Positions 19,064 through 30,399 of a stretch of 64,000 nucleotides of DNA are shown one piece after another. The position numbers and the translations under genes were made by a program. Location: NCBI GenBank assembly GCA_947259095.1, contig CAMYLA010000001.1:26586-90585 (forward strand). The letters are read 5' to 3'. Source of the DNA: an uncultured Acidimicrobiaceae bacterium. Its GTDB lineage: Bacteria; Actinomycetota; Acidimicrobiia; Acidimicrobiales; SZUA-35. Numbering within the stretch: position 1 is the first letter of the stretch; each line of letters begins with the position of its first letter. Below the pieces are notes generated by a model. It was not told the origin of the DNA, ran no database searches, and saw only the letters and a program-made list of their open reading frames with translations.

Positions 19064-20206
19064 CTACCGGCCGGGGCCGGCGTCGGCAACGTCGCCGCCG
19101 GCGGCCAGCGGCCCGCCGGGAGACGAGGCCGCCCGTTCCAGCAGCATGCAATCGCCAAAGGAGAGGAAGCGGTAGCCCTCGTCGAGCGCCTCCTGATAGA
19201 TCGACCGCCACCGGGGACCCACGAAGGCATCCACCAGGACCAGAAGCGAGGATCGGGGCACATGGAAGTTGGTCAGCAACAGGTCCACCACCTGCCATTG
19301 GAAGCCCCGGCGGATGAACAGCGAGGTGTCGTCCTCCAGCCGTCCGGTCCTGGCCACCGACTCCAGGGTCCGGACCACGGTGGTGCCGACCGCCACCACC
19401 CGCTCGGCGGCGAGGACCCGCCGCCAGACATCGGCGGTGACCGAGTAGTGCTCGGCATGCATATCATGGTCCTCGATCAACTCGGCGGTGATCGGCCGGA
19501 AGGTGCCGAGACCGACCCGCAACTCCACCTTGGCCACATCGACCCCTCGGCGGCCGAGGCGGTCCAGCAGCTCGTCGGTGAGATGGAGACCGGCGGTGGG
19601 AGCCGCCACCGATCCCGGGCGCCGGGCGAACACGGTCTGGTAGCGTTCGGCGTCGGCCAGGGGCTCATGGATGTATGGCGGCAGTGGGATCTGGCCTGCC
19701 ACATCGAGGGCCTCCGGGGCGATCTCGACCAGTCGTCGGCCATCGGACAGGGCTTCACCGACCGTTGCCAGGACTGTGCCGTCCAGTTCGAGTTCGGTGC
19801 CGGGGGCCACCCGTTTTCCCGGCCGGACCAGCGCCTGCCATCGGCCATGGTCCCCGGTCGGTTCCAACAGCAACACCTCGACCGCCCCCCCGGTTCGTTT
19901 CCGTAGGTTCAGCCGAGCGGCCAGGACCCTGGTGTCGTTGACCACCAGCAGATCGCCGGGCCGCAGGATCCGGTCGAGGTCGGCGACCCGGTGGTGGCGC
20001 AGCGGCCCGACCCCATCGTCGCCGGCACCGTCGGCCGGTTCGGGGCCGATCCCGGGAGCGGGGCCCGGATCACCGGCAAGCCCGCTGGCCACCAGCAATC
20101 GGGCGCTGTCGCGGGGTTCGACCGGCCGCTGGGCGATCGACGACGCCGGCAGCTCGTAGTCGAAGTCGTCGGCCCGCTGCGGTTGCAGCATCTCGCCCCG
20201 GTCCAC
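19064..20206 (-). CDS. queA: S-adenosylmethionine:tRNA ribosyltransferase-isomerase
   Basis: DFDYELP, VVNDTRV, PLPPYI, GSVAAPTAGLH, TNFHVPRS, YRFLSFGD. Confidence 0.96.
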   Translation of the reverse strand: MDRGEMLQPQRADDFDYELPASSIAQRPVEPRDSARLLVASGLAGDPGPAPGIGPEPADGAGDDGVGPLRHHRVADLDRILRPGDLLVVNDTRVLAARLNLRKRTGGAVEVLLLEPTGDHGRWQALVRPGKRVAPGTELELDGTVLATVGEALSDGRRLVEIAPEALDVAGQIPLPPYIHEPLADAERYQTVFARRPGSVAAPTAGLHLTDELLDRLGRRGVDVAKVELRVGLGTFRPITAELIEDHDMHAEHYSVTADVWRRVLAAERVVAVGTTVVRTLESVARTGRLEDDTSLFIRRGFQWQVVDLLLTNFHVPRSSLLVLVDAFVGPRWRSIYQEALDEGYRFLSFGDCMLLERAASSPGGPLAAGGDVADAGPGR

Positions 20207-20251
20207 TAGCGGTTCGTCGCCGAATCGATCACCGGGACCCCCATGGTTCCA

Positions 20252-21346
<1,095 letters not shown>

Positions 21347-21348
21347 CG

Positions 21349-22008
21349 CTATCCGTTCGCCAGGTTGAGCAGCGCCATCTTCAGCAGCTGACCGGTGTCG
21401 ACGTCTTCGCCATCGCGGTCGGCCAGGCCGGCCACCGCCCGGCGGATCTCCTCGCTGGAGTAGCCAAGGTTGACCAGCGCCTCCCGCACATCGACCAGCG
21501 GCCGGTTGGACATCGGGCCCGGTGACGCCGAAGCTCCGTTGAGGTTGATCGCCGAGCCCTCGATGGCCACGGCACCGTCGAGCACCGGCAACACCAGCGA
21601 CGATTTGAGTTCCACCAGCAGGCGCTGGGCCGTCTTCTTGCCAACCCCGGGCACCTCGCACAGCGCGCCGAGATCCTCATCGGCCAGGATCCGGGCCAAC
21701 TGCGGGACCGGATGGGTGGCCAGCACCGCCAGGGCCAGCGACGGGCCGACACCGTGGGCCGACAGCAGACCCTCGAACGCCGCCCTCTCCTCCTTGGCCA
21801 GGAAACCGAACAGCCGCTGGTCGGCCTCGGTGATCCGGTGATGGATGAACAGCAGCACGGTTTCGTCGGCCGGCAACCGCGACAGGGTGGCCGCGGTCAC
21901 CGTGACCAGGTAGCCGATGCCGGCCACCTCGATCGTGAGATCCACGGTGGCCCCGCGATCGAGCACCGGGTCTCGATCGATCACAACCCCCCGCAGCGAA
22001 CCGATCAC
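21349..22008 (-). CDS. ruvA: Holliday junction branch migration protein RuvA
   Basis: IGSLRG start, HhH motifs GVGPSLAL and [16 protein letters not shown]; GTGA overlap with ruvC. Confidence 0.95.
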   Translation of the reverse strand: MIGSLRGVVIDRDPVLDRGATVDLTIEVAGIGYLVTVTAATLSRLPADETVLLFIHHRITEADQRLFGFLAKEERAAFEGLLSAHGVGPSLALAVLATHPVPQLARILADEDLGALCEVPGVGKKTAQRLLVELKSSLVLPVLDGAVAIEGSAINLNGASASPGPMSNRPLVDVREALVNLGYSSEEIRRAVAGLADRDGEDVDTGQLLKMALLNLANG

Positions 22009-22496
22009 GACGCCGCTCGCAGCCCCGGATCGTGGGCCAGATGACACAACGCCAACGCCGCGGCGTCGGCCGCATCGGCCGGCCGAGGGATCTCGGCCAA
22101 CCCGAGCAGGATCTGGACCATGTGCTGGACCTGCTGCTTGTCGGCCTGGCCATCTCCGGCCACCACCGACTTGACCTGCGAGGGTGAGTACTGGGCGACC
22201 GCGATGTTGCGGCCGGCGGCGAGGGCCAGGGCCAGGCCAGAGGCCTGGGCCACCCCGACCGCAGTTCGAATATTGTTCTGGAAGAAGATGCGCTCCACCG
22301 ATACCACCGCCGGGCGGAACTCGTCGAGCAGGTCGATCAGGTCGGCGTGGAGTTGGGCCAGCCGCACCGGCACCTCGTCATCGGGCGAGGTCCGCAGCAC
22401 GCCCATGGCCGACGCTCGGCCGCGACCCCTCGGTGCGGGTTCGACGACGGCGTAGCCGCAGCGGGACAGACCGGGGTCGATCCCCAGAACGAACAT
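22005..22496 (-). CDS. ruvC: Crossover junction endodeoxyribonuclease RuvC
   Basis: MFVLGIDPGLSRCG, VERIFF, YSPSQVK, ADAADA. Confidence 0.96.
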   Translation of the reverse strand: MFVLGIDPGLSRCGYAVVEPAPRGRGRASAMGVLRTSPDDEVPVRLAQLHADLIDLLDEFRPAVVSVERIFFQNNIRTAVGVAQASGLALALAAGRNIAVAQYSPSQVKSVVAGDGQADKQQVQHMVQILLGLAEIPRPADAADAAALALCHLAHDPGLRAAS

Positions 22497-22509
22497 GCGT
22501 ACGACGCTA
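22490..22509 (-). promoter_or_regulatory. LexA/SOS-like box overlapping the ruvC start, plus -10 element TAGCGT
   Basis: CGAACATGCGTACG at 22490-22503 is one mismatch from CGAAC-N4-GTTCG; the -10 hexamer at 22504-22509 lies 7 nt before the ATG. Confidence 0.7.
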
Positions 22510-22560
22510 GCCGGGAAACCGCCACTTGAGGAGGACCCTGATCCTGCCGATACCTGCCTG

Positions 22561-23760
22561 GTGAAAGACACGGCGAACGACACGGCCACGACGATGGCGA
22601 CCGGCACGGCGAGCGATTTGGCGACCGGGACAGCGAAAGATCTGGCGACGGCGACGGCGAGGAACACGGCGGACGCCGGGTCCACCACCCTGGTCGCTTC
22701 GGTGGTCGGGGTCGACAAGCGCTTCGGGGAGGTTCAGGCCCTCGAGCGCCTGAACATCGAGGTGCCCAAGGCGAAGATCACCGTGTTGCTCGGCCCGAAC
22801 GGTGCCGGCAAGACCACCGCCATCCGGATGATCACCGGCGCCATTGAACCCGACGCCGGTGGGGTCCGGGTCTTCGGTGCCGACCCCTGTGGTCACCACG
22901 GCGAGGAGATACGCCGACGCTGCGGGGTGGTGTCGGCCAAACCGTCGCTCTATGACCGGCTCAGCGGCTTCGACAACCTTCGCTACGCCGCCGAGCTGTA
23001 CGGCCTCGGCCGGGGCACCATCACCGATCGGCGGATCGTCGAGGCCGCCGAACAGTTCGGCATCGACGACGCCCTGGCCCAGCGGGTCGGCGGCTACTCC
23101 ACCGGGATGAAGACCCGCCTGGCCCTGGCCAGATCGATCCTCCACAATCCCGACCTGCTGCTGCTCGACGAGCCGACGTCGGGGCTCGATCCCGAGTCGG
23201 CCCAGGCGGTCCTTGGCATGGTCCGCAACATGACCAGCCAGGGCCGATCGGTGCTGATGTGCACCCACCTGCTCCTGGAAGCCGAGGGCCTCGCAGACGA
23301 GGTGGTGATCATCCAGGACGGGACCAGCCTGGTGTGGGGCGACCCGGAGCTACTGTCGCTGCGGTACTGGCCCCGGCCGGAGGTGACCATCACCGCCCGT
23401 CGCGGCGCCGAGCTCGAACCGCTGCGCCGATTCCCCGAGGTGGCCGAGGTGACCATCTCGCAAGACTCGGCTCGTCTCGTCCTCCACGACGGTGGGGCCA
23501 TCGGCCGGGTCATCCACCGGTTGGCCATGGCCGGGGTGGAGCTGGTAGCGGTCGAGCCATACCGGGTCAGCCTGGAAGACCTCTACTTCGCGGTGCGCCG
23601 CGAGCACCGTCTCGGGCTCGAAGCAGCCCTCGGCAACGGCCGGCGGCCCGAGGCGGCGCTCGCCCCACCGGATGTGAACGGATCCCAGGTGGCGCCCCGG
23701 GACCGGAGCTCCGACGATCAGCCGACAGTGCGCCATGACCAGGAGGTTTCGGCCCGATGA
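22561..23760 (+). CDS. ABC-2-type exporter ATP-binding protein
   Basis: GPNGAGKTT, YSTGMKTRL, LLLDEPTSG, THLL. Start uncertain (22495, 22561 or 22594). Confidence 0.9.
   Translation: MKDTANDTATTMATGTASDLATGTAKDLATATARNTADAGSTTLVASVVGVDKRFGEVQALERLNIEVPKAKITVLLGPNGAGKTTAIRMITGAIEPDAGGVRVFGADPCGHHGEEIRRRCGVVSAKPSLYDRLSGFDNLRYAAELYGLGRGTITDRRIVEAAEQFGIDDALAQRVGGYSTGMKTRLALARSILHNPDLLLLDEPTSGLDPESAQAVLGMVRNMTSQGRSVLMCTHLLLEAEGLADEVVIIQDGTSLVWGDPELLSLRYWPRPEVTITARRGAELEPLRRFPEVAEVTISQDSARLVLHDGGAIGRVIHRLAMAGVELVAVEPYRVSLEDLYFAVRREHRLGLEAALGNGRRPEAALAPPDVNGSQVAPRDRSSDDQPTVRHDQEVSAR
22567..22674 (+). repeat. Degenerate 12-bp tandem repeat (about 9 units)
   Basis: nnnACGGCGAnn periodicity encoding DTAN-DTAT-TMAT-GTAS-DLAT-GTAK-DLAT-ATAR-NTAD. 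Confidence 0.7.
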
Positions 23761-24680
23761 GCCACCCCACCAGTACCCATGCCGAGGTTGGCCGGCCCAC
23801 CGATCACGATGCCGACGTCGAGCCGGCGTCGGCCGAGCCGGTTGGCTCGATCGAGCGGCGGGGCACGAACTGGGCCCGGGTGGCCACGGTGGCCAGGACC
23901 GACCTCAAACAACTGGCCCAGGCCAGGGACTTCTGGCTGCCGATGACGATCCTCGGCTCGTTCTTCTTCGTGGTCATCCCCGCCATCCTGTTGCTCACCG
24001 TCACGAGACTGGGCGACGTCGACGCGGTGGGAAAGATCGCCGAGACCCTGGAGGTCCTGCCGGAGCAGGCCAAGTCGCAGATCCGGGGGGCCAGCCCCGA
24101 GGGCCAGACCGGGTACGCCCTGGCGGTGTTCCTGTTCGCCCCGGTGGCGGTGATCGTGCCGCTGACCATCTCCACCGCAGTGGGGGCGTCGACCATCGTC
24201 GGTGAGCGGGAACGCGGTACCGGCGAGTTCCTGGCCCACTCCCCGGCCACGGCCCGGGAGATCTACATCGGCAAGCTGATCGCCAGCCTGGTGCCGGGGT
24301 ACCTGACCGTGGTGGTCGGGTTCACCCTGTACTCGGTGCTGGTGAACCTGACCGTCGGCCCGAGCGTTGGCGGCTGGTTCTTCCCGACGCCGCAGTGGTG
24401 GATCATGATCCTGTGGGTTCTCCCCCCGTTTCTGGCCATCTGCCTGTCGTTCGTGCTTCGGCTCTCGGCCAGGGTGAACTCGACCGCGGCCGCCCAGCAG
24501 GCCTCGGGGCTGATCAGCCTCCCGCTGATCATGATCGCCTACAGCCAGGCCACCGGGATCCTGTTCGGTTCCGGTGCCATGCCACTGGTGGTGGGGGCGC
24601 TGGCCTGGCTGCTGGCCGGGCTGAGCCTGTCCCGAGGGGTCCGCAGCGTCACCAGATCACGGCTGCTGGGGGTGACCTGA
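23757..24680 (+). CDS. ABC-2-type exporter permease
   Basis: About 6 TM segments, IVGERERGTGEFL and IYIGKL motifs; ATGA-coupled to the ATPase. Confidence 0.9.
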   Translation: MSHPTSTHAEVGRPTDHDADVEPASAEPVGSIERRGTNWARVATVARTDLKQLAQARDFWLPMTILGSFFFVVIPAILLLTVTRLGDVDAVGKIAETLEVLPEQAKSQIRGASPEGQTGYALAVFLFAPVAVIVPLTISTAVGASTIVGERERGTGEFLAHSPATAREIYIGKLIASLVPGYLTVVVGFTLYSVLVNLTVGPSVGGWFFPTPQWWIMILWVLPPFLAICLSFVLRLSARVNSTAAAQQASGLISLPLIMIAYSQATGILFGSGAMPLVVGALAWLLAGLSLSRGVRSVTRSRLLGVT

Positions 24681-24744
24681 CCCACTGGCTGAGACGGGGC
24701 GCCACCCCGAAGGGGCGGAGAGAACCGCTGGTTGCCGTTGCCGG

Positions 24745-25491
24745 TCAACCGATCGACTCGAGCACCTCGTCGGGAATGTCGATGTTGGAGTGCACATCCT
24801 GCACGTCGTCGTGGTCGTCGAGCAGCTCGACCAGGTTGAGCACCGCCTTGACATCAGAGGTCTCGGTGAGGGGCACGGTGTTGGTCGGCACCATCGTGCT
24901 GTCGGACTCCAGGACCTCGATCCCCGCTTCCTCAAGGGCGGCCCGCAGACTCAGCACGTCGCCGGGCTCGGAGGTGACCTGCCAGACCTCCTCCAGGTCC
25001 TCGAGGTCCTCGGCCCCGTTCTCGAGGCCGACCAGCATCACCTCGTCCTCGTCGGTTGACCGGGCCACCTTCACGATGCCCTTGCGCTCGAACTGCCAGG
25101 CCACCGCACCGGGCTCGGCCAGCGACCCGCCGTTCTTGGTCAACAGCGAGCGGATCTCGGAGCCGGTCCGGTTGCGATTGTCGGTCAGGACGTCGATGAG
25201 CAGGGCCACACCGTTCGGGCCGTAGCCCTCGTAGGTGATCGGCTCGTAGTTGACCCCTTCGAGCTCGCCGGTGCCCCGCTTGACCGCCCGTTCGATCGTG
25301 TCGAGGGGAACCGAATTGTCCCTGGCCTTCTGGAACATGGTCCGCAGCGTCGGGTTGGCGTCGATGTCGCCACCGCCGGATCTGGCCGCCACCTCGACCT
25401 GCTTGATCAGCTTGGCGAAGAGCTTGCCTCGCTTGGCGTCGGCGGCGCCCTTCTTGTGCTTGATGGTTGCCCATTTGGAATGGCCCGACAC
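24745..25491 (-). CDS. yebC: YebC/PmpR family protein
   Basis: SGHSKWATIKHKK, YEGYGPNG, TDNRNRT, DDVQDVHSN. Confidence 0.96.
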   Translation of the reverse strand: MSGHSKWATIKHKKGAADAKRGKLFAKLIKQVEVAARSGGGDIDANPTLRTMFQKARDNSVPLDTIERAVKRGTGELEGVNYEPITYEGYGPNGVALLIDVLTDNRNRTGSEIRSLLTKNGGSLAEPGAVAWQFERKGIVKVARSTDEDEVMLVGLENGAEDLEDLEEVWQVTSEPGDVLSLRAALEEAGIEVLESDSTMVPTNTVPLTETSDVKAVLNLVELLDDHDDVQDVHSNIDIPDEVLESIG

Positions 25492-25631
25492 GTGCACGCT
25501 CCTTCCCGTCCCCCGGGCCCACCGAGGAACGGTCCGTCTCCGATGATAGGGCGGATCGGCGGCTGCGCCGCGACGGGGCCCCGGTACCGCCTCGGCCGCC
25601 CGCGATCGAGACGAGGCGCGGCCACCGCCGG

Positions 25632-26216
25632 TCAGGTGCCGGCGATCCGCTCCAGGAAGTACCGGTGCAGCCGGTCGTCGTCTGTCAGCTCGGGATGAAA
25701 CGACGACACCAGCACCGGGCCCTGGCGACACAGGACCGGCACACCCTCGTGACGGGCCAGTACCTCGACATCGTCACCGGCCCGCTCGACCAGGGGCGCC
25801 CTGATGAAGACCGCCCGCAGCGGCGCACCACCCAGCTCATCGACGTGGAGATCGGCTTCGAACGAGTTGATCTGCCTGCCGTAGCCGTTGCGCCGGACAT
25901 CGATGTCGATGGCGTCGAAACAACGCTGACCTGGCCGGCCGTCGGAGATGGAAGACGCCAGCAGGATCATGCCGGCACAGGTGCCGAAGGTCGGCATCCC
26001 CGCCGCCAACAGCTTGGCCAACGGTTCATCCAGCTCGAAGGTCTCCAGCAGTTTGACCATGGTGGTCGATTCCCCACCGGGGATGATCAACGCCTCGCAG
26101 CCGGCCAGCTCCTCGGCGGTCCGGATCTCGTACCCGTCGACCCCGCATTGGCGGAGCACATCGAGATGGCGAGCAAACGCGCCCTGGAGGGCGAGAACCC
26201 CGACCGCCGGTGTCAC
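25632..26216 (-). CDS. pdxT: PLP synthase glutaminase subunit
   Basis: [32 protein letters not shown]. Confidence 0.96.
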   Translation of the reverse strand: MTPAVGVLALQGAFARHLDVLRQCGVDGYEIRTAEELAGCEALIIPGGESTTMVKLLETFELDEPLAKLLAAGMPTFGTCAGMILLASSISDGRPGQRCFDAIDIDVRRNGYGRQINSFEADLHVDELGGAPLRAVFIRAPLVERAGDDVEVLARHEGVPVLCRQGPVLVSSFHPELTDDDRLHRYFLERIAGT

Positions 26217-27139
26217 CAACCGCGGTCGGCCAGCCGGACGTCGATGTCGTCCATACCGATGCCGGTCATCGGGGCGCCGAGGCCACGGCTGACCTTGGCC
26301 AGGATGTTGGCGTCCTTGTAGTTGGTGGTGGCCTCGACGATGGCCTTGGCCCGGGGGGCCGGATCGGCGCTCTTGAAGATCCCGGACCCGACAAAAACCG
26401 ACTCTGCGCCGAGCTGCATGGCCATGGCGGCATCGGCCGGTGTGGCCAACCCGCCAGCGCAGAACAGTGGCACCTGGAGCTTGCCGGTCTCGGCGATCTC
26501 CTGCACCAGGGGCAGCGGGGCCTGGAGGTCCTTGGCCCACTGGAACAACTCGGCCTCATCGGCCTGGGTGATCTTGCGGATGTCTCCCAGGATGGAGCGG
26601 AGGTGGCGGACCGCCTCGACCACGTTGCCGGTACCCGCTTCACCCTTGGAGCGGATCAGGCAGGCCCCCTCGCTTATCCGGCGCAGGGCTTCGCCGAGGT
26701 TGGTGGCGCCGCACACGAACGGCACGGTGAAGGCGAACTTGTCGATGTGGTGGGCCTCGTCGGCCGGGGTCAACACCTCGGACTCGTCGACGTAGTCGAC
26801 GCCGAGGGCCTGGAGGATCTGGGCCTCGACGAAGTGCCCGATCCTGGCCTTGGCCATCACCGGGATCGTGGTGACGTCCTTGATGCCTTCGATCATCTCC
26901 GGATCGCTCATCCTGGCGACCCCGCCGTCAACCCGGATATCGGCCGGAACCCGCTCCAGGGCCATGACCGCAACCGCCCCCGCATCCTCGGCGATCTTGG
27001 CCTGTTCCGGAGTGACCACATCCATGATCACGCCGCCCTTGAGCATCTCGGCCAGGCCACGCTTGACCCGAACCGATCCCTCGGCCAGCGGGGCCCCGGT
27101 GCTCTCGATCTTTCCGTCAACGCGATCGTTTTCAGCCAT
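26213..27139 (-). CDS. pdxS: PLP synthase lyase subunit
   Basis: [36 protein letters not shown]. Confidence 0.97.
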   Translation of the reverse strand: MAENDRVDGKIESTGAPLAEGSVRVKRGLAEMLKGGVIMDVVTPEQAKIAEDAGAVAVMALERVPADIRVDGGVARMSDPEMIEGIKDVTTIPVMAKARIGHFVEAQILQALGVDYVDESEVLTPADEAHHIDKFAFTVPFVCGATNLGEALRRISEGACLIRSKGEAGTGNVVEAVRHLRSILGDIRKITQADEAELFQWAKDLQAPLPLVQEIAETGKLQVPLFCAGGLATPADAAMAMQLGAESVFVGSGIFKSADPAPRAKAIVEATTNYKDANILAKVSRGLGAPMTGIGMDDIDVRLADRGW

Positions 27140-27205
27140 GAACGCAGTGTACGTCCGGCGTGGATCGGTAAGGCCAATCATTTCCGCCAAACCGCAACGC
27201 TCGGC

Positions 27206-28366
27206 CTACTCGGCGGCCGACGCCGAACCCGACGGACCGTCGAGTGACTGACCGTCTGCGAAGCGGACCTGACCCTGCTCCGGTAGCAACACCCAGGTCC
27301 GCCCCGGGGTCAGGCTGATCACCTCACCCCGCCCGTCGGTCATGATCGGCTTGTCCTCGGCGGTCGGGCGCTCCCACCGACCGGTGATGATGTTGCCCGC
27401 GGTCAGGACCACCAGGGGGCCGCCACCGGTCGAGCGGACTTCCGGCGAGCTGGCGTCGGCCGGGCTGGTGCGATAGTCGGTGACGAAGATCACCACGTTC
27501 TCCGGCGCCAGCTGGTCTCCGTCCACCGTGGTGTGGGGGGCGCCGTCCTGGGTCCTGCGCCAGCCGCCCAGCCCGGCGTCCCATTCGTGGGTCACCAGCG
27601 GGCTGTCGGTGAATGCGACCGAGATCGGGCCGACCGCGGGGCTGGCGGTCGGCGGCAACGACGCACCTTCTGGCCGGTACCGGAACCACGGTTCGGGCGT
27701 CGGGAGGTCGTCCGGCGCCAGGGCATACAGGTCGGACCCGTTCACGTAGAGGTTGTGCGGTGCCGGCCGGGAGAAATTGCGAAAGTACTCGTTGCGGGTC
27801 CGATTCGTCAGCTCGACGATTGGCAGGTTCCGCAGCCCGTTGGTCACGTAGTCGTTGCCCCCCGAGGACCCGTAGATCGGGGTGTCGAGCCCCCGCAACA
27901 GATCGAAGTCCGAGGTTCGGCTGGACCGCACCGGCCCCACCGGGTCTGGGATCTGCGACTGGAACACCGCGGCGAACCGGGTGATGCCCTCTGCCCGGTA
28001 GTCGAACACGATGTCGGCCAGTTCGAGGCCCGTCTGTGGTCTCGCCCTCGGGTGGTTGTCGACCTTGATCACCAGGGCCGACCGTTCGGCGGTGGCCCGG
28101 TCGGTCGCCAGCCCGGTCAGCGGCGCCGCCGGACCGTCTGCCTGCCGGTTCGCATCGTCCTCGACCGGATCGGCCGGGTCGTTGTCGTCTGCCGGCTCCG
28201 GCGCCGATCGTTCCGCCAGCGGCAACGACTCCGGCTCCTCCTCGACCGCCAGGGCCTCGGCCAGCCCTCCGTCGAGATCAACGGTGTTGTCCGATCGATA
28301 TACGACGACAAGCAACCCGAGGGCGAAGATCGCTGCGAGCCAGTGACGGGCCCGCAGCGCAGACAT
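27206..28366 (-). CDS. DUF3048 (YerB-like) exported protein
   Basis: N-terminal TM, PLTGL, VIKVDNHPRARPQTGL, EGITRF, GPVRSSR, APHNLY, LTPGRTWV. Confidence 0.85.
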   Translation of the reverse strand: MSALRARHWLAAIFALGLLVVVYRSDNTVDLDGGLAEALAVEEEPESLPLAERSAPEPADDNDPADPVEDDANRQADGPAAPLTGLATDRATAERSALVIKVDNHPRARPQTGLELADIVFDYRAEGITRFAAVFQSQIPDPVGPVRSSRTSDFDLLRGLDTPIYGSSGGNDYVTNGLRNLPIVELTNRTRNEYFRNFSRPAPHNLYVNGSDLYALAPDDLPTPEPWFRYRPEGASLPPTASPAVGPISVAFTDSPLVTHEWDAGLGGWRRTQDGAPHTTVDGDQLAPENVVIFVTDYRTSPADASSPEVRSTGGGPLVVLTAGNIITGRWERPTAEDKPIMTDGRGEVISLTPGRTWVLLPEQGQVRFADGQSLDGPSGSASAAE

Positions 28367-29191
28367 TCAGAGTTCCGCCAGCACGTCTATTCGGAGATCG
28401 AGCGGGGCCCGGTTGGTTTCCATTGCGGTCGACTTGCCGGATCGGGGCTCGACGAGCCACAGGTGAGCCAGGCCTCGACTGGCGTCGACCGGCGCGACGT
28501 CGCCCTCCCCCATCGTCTTCAGTGCGCTCAGGAGCCCCGGCGGGTAGCGGGTCAGCCGGACCGCCTCGCGGTCGGCCAGCAGGTCACGATCATCGCGGAG
28601 CAGCCGGCCCATGCCCAGGTCGGCCACGGGTTTGAGCACCGACGAGAACGGACCATCGAGCATCGGCTCGCCGATCAGGGCGGCACCGAGTGTCGCCGAC
28701 TCGGCGTCGCCGTTGCGGAGCCGGGTGAGGAGTTCGGCAACGACGCCTTCGAGCTCGACGACCTCCAGCGATTCGAGCAGGCCCCGGGTGACCACCAGCC
28801 GGTTCCGGCCCCGGTTGCGCAGGGCCATGGCGTTGCGGGCATCGTCGTTCAGCACCACGAGGTCCGGTTCCTCGACGCCGCCTGCCAGCGACAGGCTCTG
28901 GACGAGATTCTCCAGCCTCGGCGCCCCATCGGCGGAGTGGACCGCATCGCCGAGCTTCGAGAGAATCCGTTGTTCGGCACCGGCGTAGCGGCTCCAGACG
29001 ACCGCCGCGGCGATCAACGGGCCGAGGAGCAGGCCGAGCCACCACGGCCCGGGGAGCAGGCCGAACAGAATCACCAGCAGGATCACGATCGGGATCGCCA
29101 CCACCGCGGTGGCGATGGCCAGAGCAGGGCCGACGGCGGCACCGGGTTGGGTGGTGTCACCTGGCACGACGGATGGCTCGGGAGCTGACAC
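28367..29191 (-). CDS. HtpX/M48-like membrane protein lacking HEXXH
   Basis: Two TM helices, RNAMALR, VVTRGLLESL..ELEGVVAEL, LLADREAVRLTRYPPGLLSAL, PLDLRI match the HtpX scaffold. Confidence 0.8.
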   Translation of the reverse strand: MSAPEPSVVPGDTTQPGAAVGPALAIATAVVAIPIVILLVILFGLLPGPWWLGLLLGPLIAAAVVWSRYAGAEQRILSKLGDAVHSADGAPRLENLVQSLSLAGGVEEPDLVVLNDDARNAMALRNRGRNRLVVTRGLLESLEVVELEGVVAELLTRLRNGDAESATLGAALIGEPMLDGPFSSVLKPVADLGMGRLLRDDRDLLADREAVRLTRYPPGLLSALKTMGEGDVAPVDASRGLAHLWLVEPRSGKSTAMETNRAPLDLRIDVLAEL

Positions 29192-29265
29192 GGCCTCCCA
29201 CGATAGTGCGTTCTGCACCATGTGCGACGACCGATGTCATCGAGGTCGTCGATCGTTCCGCCCGC

Positions 29266-30336
29266 TCAGCCGACCAGACGCTGGTAGCGGGCGATGTACT
29301 GATCGGCCAACCTCGACATCGAGAACTGCTCGGCCCTCGCCAGACCGACCTCGACGCGGTTGGCGATCCTCTCGTCGCCGGCCAGGGCCGCCAGCAGCAG
29401 CTTGGCCAACGCCTCGCTGTCACCGGTTGGAAACAGTGACGCCGCCCGCCCGTCCTCGGCCACCACCCGGTAGGCGGGCAGGTCGCTGGCCACCACCGGG
29501 GTGCACGCCGCCATGCCTTCGAGCAACACGACGCCGAAGCTCTCCCCGCCGAGGGAGGGAACGCAGAATGCGTCGGCGGCGGTCAGGGCGGCCAGCTTGT
29601 CGTCCTCGGACAGCGGACCGAGCCATTCGATCCGATCGTCGTGGCCGTGGGCCAGTTTCAGCGTTTCGGTCTCCGGGCCGTGACCGCCGATCCAGAACCG
29701 TACGTCCGGCGGCATCCGACGGGATGCCTCCAGCAGGACCGACAGCCCCTTCCGGGGCTCGTGACGACCCAGGAAGAGCACGGTTGGGCCGGCCTTCGGC
29801 CTGGGTGCGACACCGGCGAAACGATCGGTCTCGATCCCGTTGGGGAGGATCTCGTAGTTGCCGCCGAGATGGCGACGAGCCATACCGGCGGCATCGGGGG
29901 AGACCGCAACCCGGATATCGAGCCTCGAGGCCAGCTTGCGGACCCCGAAACGGGCCCAGCGGTAGACGGCGATGTTGCCGCTGGCGTGAAACGTGCCGAG
30001 CAGCGGCACCGGCTTGACCACCACCGCGGTGAGCGTCGGCCCTGGGGCCAGGGGCTCGTGGAGGTGGAGGGCGTCGAACCGTTCGTCCCAGATCGCCCCC
30101 AACAGCCGGAGCTGTGCCGGCGGGTCCGGGGCCAGCGGGGCGAAGGAGCCGTTCTGGGCATAGGGAATGGAGTCCCCGAGCGGGGTGACCCATGGTTCGG
30201 GGGGCGGGCCGTCGCACGGGGCCAGGACCTGGGTGTCGACACCCTTCGACCGAAGGCTCCGAGCCAGACCCAGCACCTGTGTTTGGACGCCACCCCAGAC
30301 CGCCAGACTGTAGGGACAAATCATCCCGATGCGCAC
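29266..30336 (-). CDS. pimA: Phosphatidyl-myo-inositol mannosyltransferase (GT4)
   Basis: MRIGMICPYSL..WGGVQ, HLHEP, FLGRHEPRKG, GGESFGVVLLEGMA; pgsA-patA-pimA synteny. Confidence 0.9.
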   Translation of the reverse strand: MRIGMICPYSLAVWGGVQTQVLGLARSLRSKGVDTQVLAPCDGPPPEPWVTPLGDSIPYAQNGSFAPLAPDPPAQLRLLGAIWDERFDALHLHEPLAPGPTLTAVVVKPVPLLGTFHASGNIAVYRWARFGVRKLASRLDIRVAVSPDAAGMARRHLGGNYEILPNGIETDRFAGVAPRPKAGPTVLFLGRHEPRKGLSVLLEASRRMPPDVRFWIGGHGPETETLKLAHGHDDRIEWLGPLSEDDKLAALTAADAFCVPSLGGESFGVVLLEGMAACTPVVASDLPAYRVVAEDGRAASLFPTGDSEALAKLLLAALAGDERIANRVEVGLARAEQFSMSRLADQYIARYQRLVG

Positions 30337-30399
30337 TGTCTCACCGTACCCTACAAACCGCCCGGGGATCCTCCCCGGTTGATCGGGCGGTGGAACCGG

